This document shows, piece by piece, positions 53,736 through 62,882 of a stretch of 64,000 nt of DNA. The position numbers and the translations under genes are program-made. The notes under the pieces are model-generated. The model was not told where the DNA came from. It saw only the letters and a program-made list of their open reading frames with translations, and did no database searches. The DNA is from Saccharolobus solfataricus P2 (GTDB taxonomy: Archaea > Thermoproteota > Thermoprotei_A > Sulfolobales > Sulfolobaceae): NCBI RefSeq assembly GCF_000007005.1, contig NC_002754.1; one strand, 5' to 3'. Position 1 is the stretch's first letter; the number at the start of each line of letters is the position of its first letter.

Positions 53736-54941
53736 ATGAATCCAGAAAGGTTTTTGACAACTTTCCATTCGTTAACTAATATAGGTTGGACTGAGGACGG
53801 AGTACTGAGGCTTGCTTTAAATGAATATGATATAAAAGTAAGAGAGGAACTAATAAAAATTCTATCGAGTATAGGTGTTCACATAATGGTCGATGATGCC
53901 GGAAATATAATTGGAGAATTAGGTGGTAAACTAAGTGATGCTATTGCGATTGGATCACATATGGATTCCGTGCCTTATGGAGGAAAATACGACGGTTTTT
54001 ATGGCGTTATGGCGGGACTTGAAGTATTACGAAGTATTAAAGAGAGAGGCATATCTAATCATTCTATTAAACTTATAGATTTTACGAATGAAGAGGGTTC
54101 TAGATTTCAACCCTCACTTCTAGGCTCGGGATTAACCACAGGTATCTTCGATAAAAACTACGTCTACTCAAGGAGAGATAAGGATAATATAAGTTTTGAG
54201 GAAGCGTTAAGGGTTTCCGGATTTATGGGAGATGAAAGCAATAGACTAATGCATATGAAGCCTAACTACTATCTAGAGCTTCACATAGAACAAGGTCCAA
54301 TTTTAGAGGAAGAGGGGTATCAAATTGGAATACCTTTAGGAATTGCTGGTTTAAGCGTATATGAATTCACATTTAAGGGTCAGTCTAGTCAAACCGGACC
54401 TACACCAATGGATAGGAGAAGGGATGCCCTAGTAGGCGCATCTAAATTCGTAGTTAGCGTTAGGGATCACGCAAAGAAGCAGGAAAACTTAAGGGCCACT
54501 GTTGGTATACTTAATGTTAAACCAAATGTATACAACGCTATACCTAGGGAAGTCAGACTCACTGTTGACGTTAGGAGTATTGAGAGGAATAGAATAGATC
54601 ACACTATAAATGAATTTGTTAATATTGCAAAAAGTATTGCCGACGACGAGAAACTAGAAGTTGAATATAGGCATCTGTGGACAGCTAATCCTGTGAGTTT
54701 TTCCGACGAAGTCATTAGTGTTATAGAAAGAGCGTGTAAAGAGTTAAGCATGAGATATAAGTTTATGTATAGTTGGGCAGGGCATGATGCACAGTATATG
54801 ACGAAGATTTCTAAAGTCGGCATGATATTTATTCCATCTCATTTAGGCATTAGTCACGCAAAGGAAGAATACTCCTCAGATGAGGATATGTTAAACGGGC
54901 TAAGAGTACTAGAGAAAGCTGTAGAACTTTTAAACAGTTGA
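53736..54941 (+). CDS. M20 N-carbamoyl-amino-acid / ureido amidohydrolase
   Basis: GSHMDSVPYGGKYDG, NEEG, ELHIEQGP, GHDA, SH..EE. Confidence 0.92.
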   Translation: MNPERFLTTFHSLTNIGWTEDGVLRLALNEYDIKVREELIKILSSIGVHIMVDDAGNIIGELGGKLSDAIAIGSHMDSVPYGGKYDGFYGVMAGLEVLRSIKERGISNHSIKLIDFTNEEGSRFQPSLLGSGLTTGIFDKNYVYSRRDKDNISFEEALRVSGFMGDESNRLMHMKPNYYLELHIEQGPILEEEGYQIGIPLGIAGLSVYEFTFKGQSSQTGPTPMDRRRDALVGASKFVVSVRDHAKKQENLRATVGILNVKPNVYNAIPREVRLTVDVRSIERNRIDHTINEFVNIAKSIADDEKLEVEYRHLWTANPVSFSDEVISVIERACKELSMRYKFMYSWAGHDAQYMTKISKVGMIFIPSHLGISHAKEEYSSDEDMLNGLRVLEKAVELLNS

Positions 54942-55022
54942 TGATTATATTCAATTTTTGTACTAATTTTAATCATCTGTGTAAAAAGCTTATAACCCTT
55001 GCTTATAAAAATAAGATAGAAT

Positions 55023-56357
55023 ATGGGAGAAATAGAAGATAAGAAAATTATTAGGGATCATACTTTCAAAACGTGGAGTAAACAAAAGGGATGGGATCCC
55101 ATAATCGTATCAAGTGCAAAGGGAGTCTACTTTTATGATGTGGAGGGAAAGAAATATTTAGACTTTTCATCGCAATTCGTTAATGTAAATTTGGGATATG
55201 GAAATGAAAGGGTTATAAACAGTATAAAGGAACAGCTTGATAGGTTACAGTATATTAATCCCTCATTCGGTGCGGATATTAGAGTTAAGGCTACAAAAGC
55301 TTTACTTAAGGTTATGCCTAGGAATATTAGTAAGTTTTTTTACTCTACCTCTGGCACTGAGGCTAATGAAGCTGCAATTAAGATATCTAGGTTTTACAAG
55401 AAGCCGAGATATAAGATTCTGGCTAGATATAGGTCATACCATGGATCCACTGAGGGATCCATATCTTTAACTGGGGATTATAGAAGGTGGTTTGTTGAAC
55501 CCAACACTATGAATGGAGTAGTGCGAATACCAGAACCTTACTGCTTTAGGTGTCCACTTAAGCTAAAATACCCTGATTGTGGAATAGCATGTGCGACCTA
55601 TGTTGATTACGTTATTAGGCAAGAAAAGAACGTCGCTGCTATGATTATTGAACCAATAACCGGTACCAATGGTGTTATAGTACCTCCTAAAGAATATATG
55701 CCTTTAATAAGGAAGATAGCTAAGGAAAATGACGTTTTGTTTATAGCGGATGAAGTTATGACTGGCTGGGGAAGAGTAGGGGAGTGGTTCGCTGTAAACT
55801 TATGGGATATTCACCCTGACATTTTAACTACTGCCAAGGGTGCTTCTGCATCTTACGTCCCAATTGGAATAACTGGAGTAAGTAAAGAGATAGGAGAGTT
55901 TTTTGAAGACGAGGTTTTTGCGCATGGACATACTTTTGAGGCTCATCCAGTTTCACTGTCAGCTATCCCAGCGGTAATAGAAGAGTATGAAAGATTGAAC
56001 ATTCTTTCTCATGTGAAAGTAATGGGGGATTATTTGGGTAAGAGGCTTCAAGAGTTAAAGGAGAGGCACAGAAGTATCGGCGATGTGAGAGGAGTTGGGT
56101 TATTCTGGGCAATTGAGTTGGTAAAGGATAAAAATAATACTCCATTTGGTGGGTATGATGATAAATATGAGGGTTATACTACATTTGTTGACGTTTTAGC
56201 TAGGAGACTCCTAATAGAGAAAAATACTTATGTCTATAACGGTCCCTCATGGTTTATAATCTCACCTCCTTTAATAATAAATAAAGAGGAAATAGACGAG
56301 GGCGTAGATGCTATAGATGATATACTAAAGGAGGCTGATAAAGAATTTAATAATTAG
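55023..56357 (+). CDS. class III PLP aminotransferase (beta-alanine/taurine:pyruvate type)
   Basis: SGTEANE, SYHG, DEVMTGWGR, TAKG, HGHTF. Confidence 0.92.
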   Translation: MGEIEDKKIIRDHTFKTWSKQKGWDPIIVSSAKGVYFYDVEGKKYLDFSSQFVNVNLGYGNERVINSIKEQLDRLQYINPSFGADIRVKATKALLKVMPRNISKFFYSTSGTEANEAAIKISRFYKKPRYKILARYRSYHGSTEGSISLTGDYRRWFVEPNTMNGVVRIPEPYCFRCPLKLKYPDCGIACATYVDYVIRQEKNVAAMIIEPITGTNGVIVPPKEYMPLIRKIAKENDVLFIADEVMTGWGRVGEWFAVNLWDIHPDILTTAKGASASYVPIGITGVSKEIGEFFEDEVFAHGHTFEAHPVSLSAIPAVIEEYERLNILSHVKVMGDYLGKRLQELKERHRSIGDVRGVGLFWAIELVKDKNNTPFGGYDDKYEGYTTFVDVLARRLLIEKNTYVYNGPSWFIISPPLIINKEEIDEGVDAIDDILKEADKEFNN

Positions 56358-56429
56358 TAATAATAGAACTACTATAGTTAATATGAAAGCAGTTCCTCAA
56401 ATTAATAATTTTTTATCTTAATGGGGGTT

Positions 56430-56454
56430 AAGGGGGCAGAAGACTAATCCGTAA
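56430..56454 (+). mobile_element. left half of an IS200/IS605-type terminal hairpin relic split by the IS stack (right half 60206-60221)
   Basis: rejoined site AAGGGGGCAGAAGACTAATCC-GTAA-GGGCAGGGTAGTTCAC resembles IS200/IS605 ends as recalled. Confidence 0.4.
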
Positions 56455-56799
56455 CGGTAGACCAAAAATCATTTTACAAAAATAATTCTGGTTGAGTAAT
56501 ATCAGATTCTGGAAAAATAATAGAAATTATAGCTTTGTCAAGAATTCAACAACTGAAGAAAGGTTTAAGGTGAGGAAGCCGGCATTATCACGTGGTGAAT
56601 TTAAGGTGGTAACACCGGGTCTTCCCCACTAAAATAATCTTCAACAAATAGCACATAAATTACTTTCCATGTTGAACTTCAAGGGAAAGAAGGCAGAGGA
56701 AGTAGCGAGAGTTCTGGTCTCCGCGTGCTTGTGGAACGACTCTGTAGAGGGCAGATCCAAAGGGTACAACGTATCACCACAAACCGTGAGGAACTACGT

Positions 56800-56878
56800 T
56801 AGTATTTTGGAAAAGTTCTTAGACTATGATCTAGTGGTATATCCTTTGTCTAAAGCTATAAACTTTCTGAAAGCACTA
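56800..56878. mobile_element. 79-bp MITE (SM1-like)
   Basis: absent from copy 2; imperfect TIRs TAGTATTTTGGAAAAGTT / AACTTTCTGAAAGCACTA (13/18); GT duplicated on both sides. Confidence 0.8.
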
Positions 56879-57378
56879 GTGAAAGAGCAGGGAAATGGGG
56901 TAATCGAGAAACTCCTGGAGTCCATGAGAAGAATTTCCATGGAGATGCTCAAGGGAGTGAAGGAAGTAGACATCTCCATAGACTGGACAACCAAGACGTG
57001 GTACGGTAAGCCGGTGAAGGGACTAGGTAGTTCGGCCAAGGGGAACTCGTATAACTACGCCACTGCCACCACGAAGTACAAGGGAATGGTGCTCTTCCTG
57101 GTCTTCGTTCCCCAAGTTAACGGGATGACCAAGGACGAGATCGTGAAGTTCCTCATGGAGTAAATTACGGGAATGGGCTTCAAGGTGAGGCTCGTAACCC
57201 TGGACACGGGCTTCTACACTGTAGAAGTCCTCAAGTTTATATCGCAGTTCAAGTACGTGATCGGAGTTCCCGTGGAGGACGTGAAGGCGTTCAGTAATAA
57301 ATCTTTCGGTCGAATTTTGAGCATAGTATCAGCTACTATTGCCACGCGGACTCTTTCAATCCGCGTGATAGGGGAGGG

Positions 57379-58342
57379 TCACGTCACCTCATAAGGTTTA
57401 TTATTATACCAAACACTCCACACAATCCTAGCCAACTTCCTAGCTAAGGCAGTGTACAGTTTCCTACCCTTCAGTTTATCCTTGTGAGCTTCGTGGAACT
57501 TAAGGAGAGTAGGGTTACGCGAATATTGAGTCTCGGCAAGGAAATAAAACAAGCTACCCAAATACTTGTTACCCCTCTTGGAGATACCCTTTCTAACCTC
57601 AATCCTACCACTCCTCTCAACCACCGGGTCTAAACCGCAATAAGCAACGAAGGATTCAGGTCTTGGGAAGCGCTTAATATCACCCACAATCCCAATTATA
57701 ATCCCAGCTGCCAGTTTCCCTATTCCGGGAATCGTGAGTAACACGTGGTCTTGAGGCACATTACCCTCTATCATTTTCCTCACCTCCTTCAACTCTTCTC
57801 GTGTTTGAAGTAGTGTCCTCGCTAGGACTTGAATCTCACGTAGTACTGTACCAGTGTATTCCAGTTGATACAGTTTTACGTCAGAGAAGTCTCCCTTAGA
57901 GAACTTCTCCAATCTCTCCTCGCTCAACTTCTCCTCGTCGCTCACGAGGAAGAGAGCTCTCCTTAACCTGTTCTCTTGTTTCGTTTGCACATCATTCATG
58001 AAGAGGTAGAGTGATACTAACTCTTTCAAGGGGTTGTTAACGTATTCTCTAGCCTTATTTACCATGTTTTCAAGTTTTTCTGCGTCGTAAAAATCTGTTT
58101 TCTTTCCCCTTACGTCCTTTTCTTTCCATAGCAAGGCTGACTAGTAGGACTTTCACTCCTCTTTCTTTGAAGTATTGGCAAGGTCTCGTTGAGTATACTC
58201 CGGTGGGTTCTATTACGATGATGTTTGGCTTCATGGTTAGTATTTCTTCGTAGCCCTTCTCGTTGTTTGTGAACTTTCTCACCCTCCCCTTACTTGTTAC
58301 CAAGTGTTCTTTTGATACGTCTATTCCAATTACCCCTACCCT
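57379..58342 (-). pseudogene. IS110 recombinase (DEDD RuvC + Tnp domain), frameshifted near 58135
   Basis: GIDVSK, IEPTG, KTDFYDA, GLDPVVERSG catalytic motifs intact but split over ORFs 58070..58447 and 57379..58134. Confidence 0.88.
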
Positions 58343-58345
58343 TGT

Positions 58346-58484
58346 GTCACACCTATATTCGTGAATATTTTCACAATGTTCAGTCCGACTGTAGGGGCTC
58401 GTCACGCCTTCACCCGAAGACTTGGCTTCAGTTACGAGGTCGACCATTTTTCCCCAGCTGAGGAGAATATTACTCTCCCCAGCT
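58346..58484 (-). ncRNA. predicted IS110 bridge RNA (5' hairpin + target-binding loop + donor-binding loop)
   Basis: stems found by eye; guide segments match the insertion site (TACGAGG, GTGAAG) and the element ends (GTTCAGT, ATATA.G). Confidence 0.8.
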
Positions 58485-58977
58485 AATTAACCTATATATA
58501 AGTCTACGAGGAGTTCGACGGAGAGTACACTACCAACAGCAAGAGACATAAGAAGGAAGAGCAGGTTAATTTCAGACTTCTGGTATATGGTAAGGAAATC
58601 GTTAAGAAGAAGAGGAAGGCCGTGATGTATTTCGCAAGAGCAACCAACCTCGACTTGACCAAGAGGGAAGTGCTGGAGCTTTACAACAAGGTTAGGGGTC
58701 CCATTGAGACGTCTTACAAGAATATCAAGACCTTCCTTCCCTTCACGAGCTCCACCAAGTTCGTCTTTCGCGAGTTGATCTTCGTACTGGCCATGGTCTT
58801 CTACTCGCTTTACACCGTGTTCAAGGACGTCATGAGAAGAGAGGAGTTTAGATTGCTTTCATCCTCTGTTTTCTAGATGATCTATCGGATCTTGAGGATT
58901 TTCTAGTTAAACTTGAGAAGACACTTAATAACAAGATAGATTTATTTTTACGGAGGTGATTTTGGGTCTACCGGTTA

Positions 58978-60201
58978 CGGTAGACCAAAATCATTTTACA
59001 AAAAATAATTTTGGTTGGGTAATATCAGATTCTGAAAAATAATAGAATTTATAGCTTTGACAAGAACGCAATTAATTGAAGAAAGATTTAAGGTGAGGAA
59101 GCCGGTATTATCACGTGGTGAAGACAAGGTGATAACACCTGGTCTTCCTCACCAAAATAATCTACAACAAGTAGGGTATAAATTACTTTCCATGTTGAGC
59201 TTCAAGGGAAGAAAGGCGGAGGAGGTATCGAGAGTTCTGGTCTCCGCGTGCTTGTGGAACGACTCCGTGGAAAGCAAGTCCAAAGGGTATAACGTGTCAC
59301 CACAGACCGTGAGGAACTACGTGGAGGAGCAGGGAACTGAGGTGATCGAGAAGCTATTAGAGTCCATGAGGAGGATTTCCATGGAGATACTCAAGGGAGT
59401 GAAGGAAGTCGACATCTCCATAGACTGGACAACCAAGACGTGGTATGGTAAGCCGGTGGAGGGACTGGGTAGTTCAGCCAAGGGGAACTCGTGGAACTAC
59501 GCTACCGCGACCACGAAGTATCAGAATATGGTGCTCCTCCTAGCTTTCGTTCCCCAAGTTAACGGGATGAGCAAGGATGAGATCGTGAAGCTTCTCATGG
59601 AGCAAATTGTGGGAATGGGCTTCAAGGTGGGGCTCGTAACCTTGGACGCGGGATTCTACACCGTGGAAGTCCTCAAGTTCATATCGCAGTTCAAGTTCGT
59701 GATAGGAGTCCCTGTGGGGGACGTGAAGATCTACGAGGAGTTCGACGGAGAGTACACGACAAACAGTAAGAGGCATAAGAAGGAAGAGCAGGTCAAGTTC
59801 AGACTCCTGGTGTATGGTAAGGAAATCGTTAAGAAGAGGAAGAAGACCGTGGTGTACTTCGCGAGGGCGACCAACCTCGACCTACCCAAGAGGGAAGTGC
59901 TGAAGTTGTACAACAAGGTTAGGAGTCCCATTGAGACGTCTTACAGGAACATCAAGGCCTTCCTTCCCTTCACGAGCTCCACCAAGTTCATCTTCCGCGA
60001 GTTGATCTTCGTGCTGGCCATGATCTTCTACTCGCTTTACACCGTGTTTAAGAACGTCATGACAAGAGAGGAGTTTAGATTGCTGCTCATCCTCTGCTTT
60101 CTAGACGATTTATCTGATCTAAAGGATTTTATATTTAATCTTGAGGAAACACTTATTAATACTATAGATTTATTTTTATGGAGGTGATTTTGGGTCTACC
60201 G
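58978..60201 (+). mobile_element. ISH3-family IS (ISC1225-like), intact copy 2, 1224 bp
   Basis: TIRs at 58978 and 60186-60201; GTTA duplicated at 58974-58977 and 60202-60205. Confidence 0.95.
59129..60187 (+). CDS. ISH3 DDE transposase
   Basis: open frame; DWT, LDAGF, IETSY acidic triad; likely GTG start 59129 (track ORF opens at TTG 59057). Confidence 0.92.
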   Translation: MITPGLPHQNNLQQVGYKLLSMLSFKGRKAEEVSRVLVSACLWNDSVESKSKGYNVSPQTVRNYVEEQGTEVIEKLLESMRRISMEILKGVKEVDISIDWTTKTWYGKPVEGLGSSAKGNSWNYATATTKYQNMVLLLAFVPQVNGMSKDEIVKLLMEQIVGMGFKVGLVTLDAGFYTVEVLKFISQFKFVIGVPVGDVKIYEEFDGEYTTNSKRHKKEEQVKFRLLVYGKEIVKKRKKTVVYFARATNLDLPKREVLKLYNKVRSPIETSYRNIKAFLPFTSSTKFIFRELIFVLAMIFYSLYTVFKNVMTREEFRLLLILCFLDDLSDLKDFIFNLEETLINTIDLFLWR

Positions 60202-60238
60202 GTTAGGGCAGGGTAGTTCACTTGATGTGCAAAAGGAA

Positions 60239-61213
60239 TTATCCTATAACAAACTGATGTGTTTTTACCTTATTGTCTTCTAAGATTATATAGGCCGCAT
60301 GGAGCATTCCCAAATTGTATTCACTACCAGGGTTAATAATGATAGTCTTATTTATCTTATCGAAAGCTCTTGACTCATGAATATGTCCGTGAATACCTAA
60401 TAATGGTTGAAACTCCTCTTCTAACTTTCTTATTGACATTGAACCTACGTGAGTCATTACTATTTCGCCGTTTTTCACTACTGGTTTTAATGTTTTATCC
60501 AATAGAGGAGCGTTATCTAAATTTGTACCATATGGGGGAGCGTGTAAGTTGAAAATTGTCTTAGCGGGATTCCCGACTTTCTCTATTATCCGCTTTAGGT
60601 TAGAGTATATTTGATCTTCTGTCATTTCCCTTGGAGTGTTCCATGGTGTTGGATTAACATAACCGAAAGTGATCATTTCGTATCCGTTTATATTGACAAT
60701 TTCTCCCTCACACTTTACCATTCTTTCACTTTTGGTTATAACATCAAACATGTATAATGGATCATCATTGCCTAAATTAGTGTAAATTTTTAGGTTTGTT
60801 CCTTTCAGCTTCTCTTCAGCTATTCTATCCCATTCTTGTAATCTTTCTAATATTACTCTCTTAAACTCTTCATCTAATGATTTCCGATTCTCATTTAGTT
60901 CTGTAAGACCTTTTTGGTCGACTATCGTATAGTAAACCCCAGAAGATTTATATTTCTTGATAATTTCATCTACACCCTCTTTTCCCACAATTTTATCTTC
61001 TATCTTAAACTTGCTATTTCCTATATCTATTATTGGGACTAATGATTTACCTGCTAGATCTCCTCCTATAATTAACGTATCGGCTTTCGTCATTAAAGCA
61101 GCATTAAGGAATTTTCTGAAAGCGGTTTCAGAACCGTGAAGGTCACTTGTAAACAATATCTTAAGGCCTCCTATCTTGTTTGAATCTGGATTATTCCTTT
61201 TAAATAGTCCCAC
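60239..61213 (-). CDS. metallophosphoesterase (calcineurin-like)
   Basis: SDLHG, GGD, GNDD, HAPP, GHIHE, NPG; GTG start. Confidence 0.9.
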   Translation of the reverse strand: MGLFKRNNPDSNKIGGLKILFTSDLHGSETAFRKFLNAALMTKADTLIIGGDLAGKSLVPIIDIGNSKFKIEDKIVGKEGVDEIIKKYKSSGVYYTIVDQKGLTELNENRKSLDEEFKRVILERLQEWDRIAEEKLKGTNLKIYTNLGNDDPLYMFDVITKSERMVKCEGEIVNINGYEMITFGYVNPTPWNTPREMTEDQIYSNLKRIIEKVGNPAKTIFNLHAPPYGTNLDNAPLLDKTLKPVVKNGEIVMTHVGSMSIRKLEEEFQPLLGIHGHIHESRAFDKINKTIIINPGSEYNLGMLHAAYIILEDNKVKTHQFVIG

Positions 61214-61292
61214 AAGTGTTAGACTCTGATTAACTTGTATTTAAAATTAAATATCAAAAAAGAAGATGAAAAAGATAAAGAAAAGAGTTAAC

Positions 61293-62882
61293 TTATTCCG
61301 GCGGTATTTCCTCAAAAATTAAGTTCATATGTATCCCTCTTTTCTTATTAATGATGTAAGAGATAGCGTAAATCATAATTCCGCTTGTATATATTATTAC
61401 TAATGAAAGTATTGTGGGGAAGTTTATTGGTAGCAATACAGGGTTTCCCCAAGTTTGATATAACGCAAAAAGAAGGAATCCAAACTCAGGAAATCCTATC
61501 AGAGATACTAGGGGGATTCCACTTATATTTTTGATATGCACGACCTTGTTGAAGAAGTTCTTCTTCACGAAAGGTGATAATGCAGTAGTTAGGGCGAAGA
61601 TTCCATAGCTTATTTCGAATATTACTGTTACATCTACAATTGATATTACTGTTACATATGCGTAAAGTAGTACTCCTATTAAACCAACAATTACAGTAAT
61701 TATGGTTGAAATTAGTGGTATATGGAACTTTTCATTTACATCAGCTAACCTCTCTGGCATTATCCTATCAAACGCCCATGCAAACAGATATCTGGTTAAG
61801 GAGATAACTAAGGGTGGATTGCTGTAGAAATTAGGTAACCAGAAGGCTATCCACATTACAATGTATAATAATATACTATGGTTTACTAATAAGGCGAAAA
61901 AAGGGGTGAATGTACCCATACTACTTAGATCATTATAAACTGTGCTATTTAACGAATTTGTGGAAATGTATGACCAAGACGTTAAGAATCTCTCACCAAA
62001 GGCATGAAGATTAAGGGAGGTAAATAGAATATAATAGACTCCTATGAATAGTACTGCAATGATTATACCTAGTAGTGAATTATACTTTACTTTCTTCATC
62101 TCTCCGCTCCAAGATGCTGGTAAATTATACCATACGTAATAATACCATACTACTGGAATTGCTAGTAATGCTCCATAAAATGGAGATACAAAATTTAAGC
62201 CGTTTGAAGTAGCAGTGGATATCACTTCGTTATACGCATTACTTACCCCAGTAAAAGATGATAACGCATCAGAGAATTGTGAAGGAGTTATTAACGCTAA
62301 AGCCACGAATGTTACTATTGTTGAGAGTATTGATACAATACCAGTTATAAATACAAAACTCCAACCATATTTTCCTATTGAGGCTATAATTGCTCCAATA
62401 ATCAATATTATTATGCCTATTATTACACTTCCTAGAGTTGTGGTAAAAAATGAGCCTAAGTTTATTAATGTTTGGTTATTGTAAAAGACCCCTAAACCAC
62501 TAAATAAATAAGCAAACCATTGTGCTCCTAAATAACTATATAGCCCTAAGGATAGTGCAAAGGCCACCCATAAGGCCCAATAATTGACAAACGCCACCAA
62601 TGGATGTGACGATCTAGCTTGAAATACGTAATCCCCACCTGACCTAGGGGTGGAGACAGACGCTAAGTAAAAAAGAAATGCCATTCCTAAGGTCGGTAAT
62701 AGTGATATTAAATATGATAAGGTCCAATTTGCACCCGGCGCAAGATATAACCATGAAACTATTAATATAGGTATTCCACCCGTTACTAGTCCAAATGTAG
62801 CGAAAAAGGACGCCCAAGGACTAACTTCCCTTACTAAACCAGAAGATTGTCTTATGAAAACAGATTGGCTCTTATCTGGCAT
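61293..62882 (-). CDS. APC-family amino acid/amine permease
   Basis: [29 protein letters not shown]. Confidence 0.92.
   Translation of the reverse strand: MPDKSQSVFIRQSSGLVREVSPWASFFATFGLVTGGIPILIVSWLYLAPGANWTLSYLISLLPTLGMAFLFYLASVSTPRSGGDYVFQARSSHPLVAFVNYWALWVAFALSLGLYSYLGAQWFAYLFSGLGVFYNNQTLINLGSFFTTTLGSVIIGIIILIIGAIIASIGKYGWSFVFITGIVSILSTIVTFVALALITPSQFSDALSSFTGVSNAYNEVISTATSNGLNFVSPFYGALLAIPVVWYYYVWYNLPASWSGEMKKVKYNSLLGIIIAVLFIGVYYILFTSLNLHAFGERFLTSWSYISTNSLNSTVYNDLSSMGTFTPFFALLVNHSILLYIVMWIAFWLPNFYSNPPLVISLTRYLFAWAFDRIMPERLADVNEKFHIPLISTIITVIVGLIGVLLYAYVTVISIVDVTVIFEISYGIFALTTALSPFVKKNFFNKVVHIKNISGIPLVSLIGFPEFGFLLFALYQTWGNPVLLPINFPTILSLVIIYTSGIMIYAISYIINKKRGIHMNLIFEEIPPE

Larger units (their letters stand above)
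57287..58501 (-). mobile_element. IS110-family element (ISC1190/ISC1229-like), about 1215 bp
   Basis: interrupts ISH3 codons GTG AAG|GTC TAC; no TIRs; DEDD transposase; CT(T) present at both junctions on the minus strand. Confidence 0.92.
56669..58876 (+). pseudogene. ISH3 transposase pseudogene
   Basis: collinear with copy 2 but has CAA>TAA stops (one before 56669, one at 57161-57163), a MITE, an IS110 insertion and a 3' frameshift. Confidence 0.9.
56455..58973 (+). mobile_element. ISH3-family IS (ISC1225-like), decayed copy 1 carrying two nested insertions
   Basis: TIRs CGGTAGACCAAAAATC (56455) and GATTTTGGGTCTACCG (58958-58973); 1223 bp after removing the 81-bp and 1215-bp inserts. Confidence 0.92.

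Noticed and set aside
57173-57394. 73-aa ORF as a real gene
   Set aside because: Chimeric: ISH3 codons read into the IS110 right end
58125-58145. Programmed ribosomal frameshift in the IS110 gene
   Set aside because: No slippery heptamer seen at the break; IS110 recombinases are single-ORF; a deletion is simpler
58343-58447. N-terminal extension MVDLVTEAKSS... of ORF 58070..58447
   Set aside because: It runs through the structured bridge-RNA region, and recombinase homology starts only at VGVIGIDVSK; treated as non-coding
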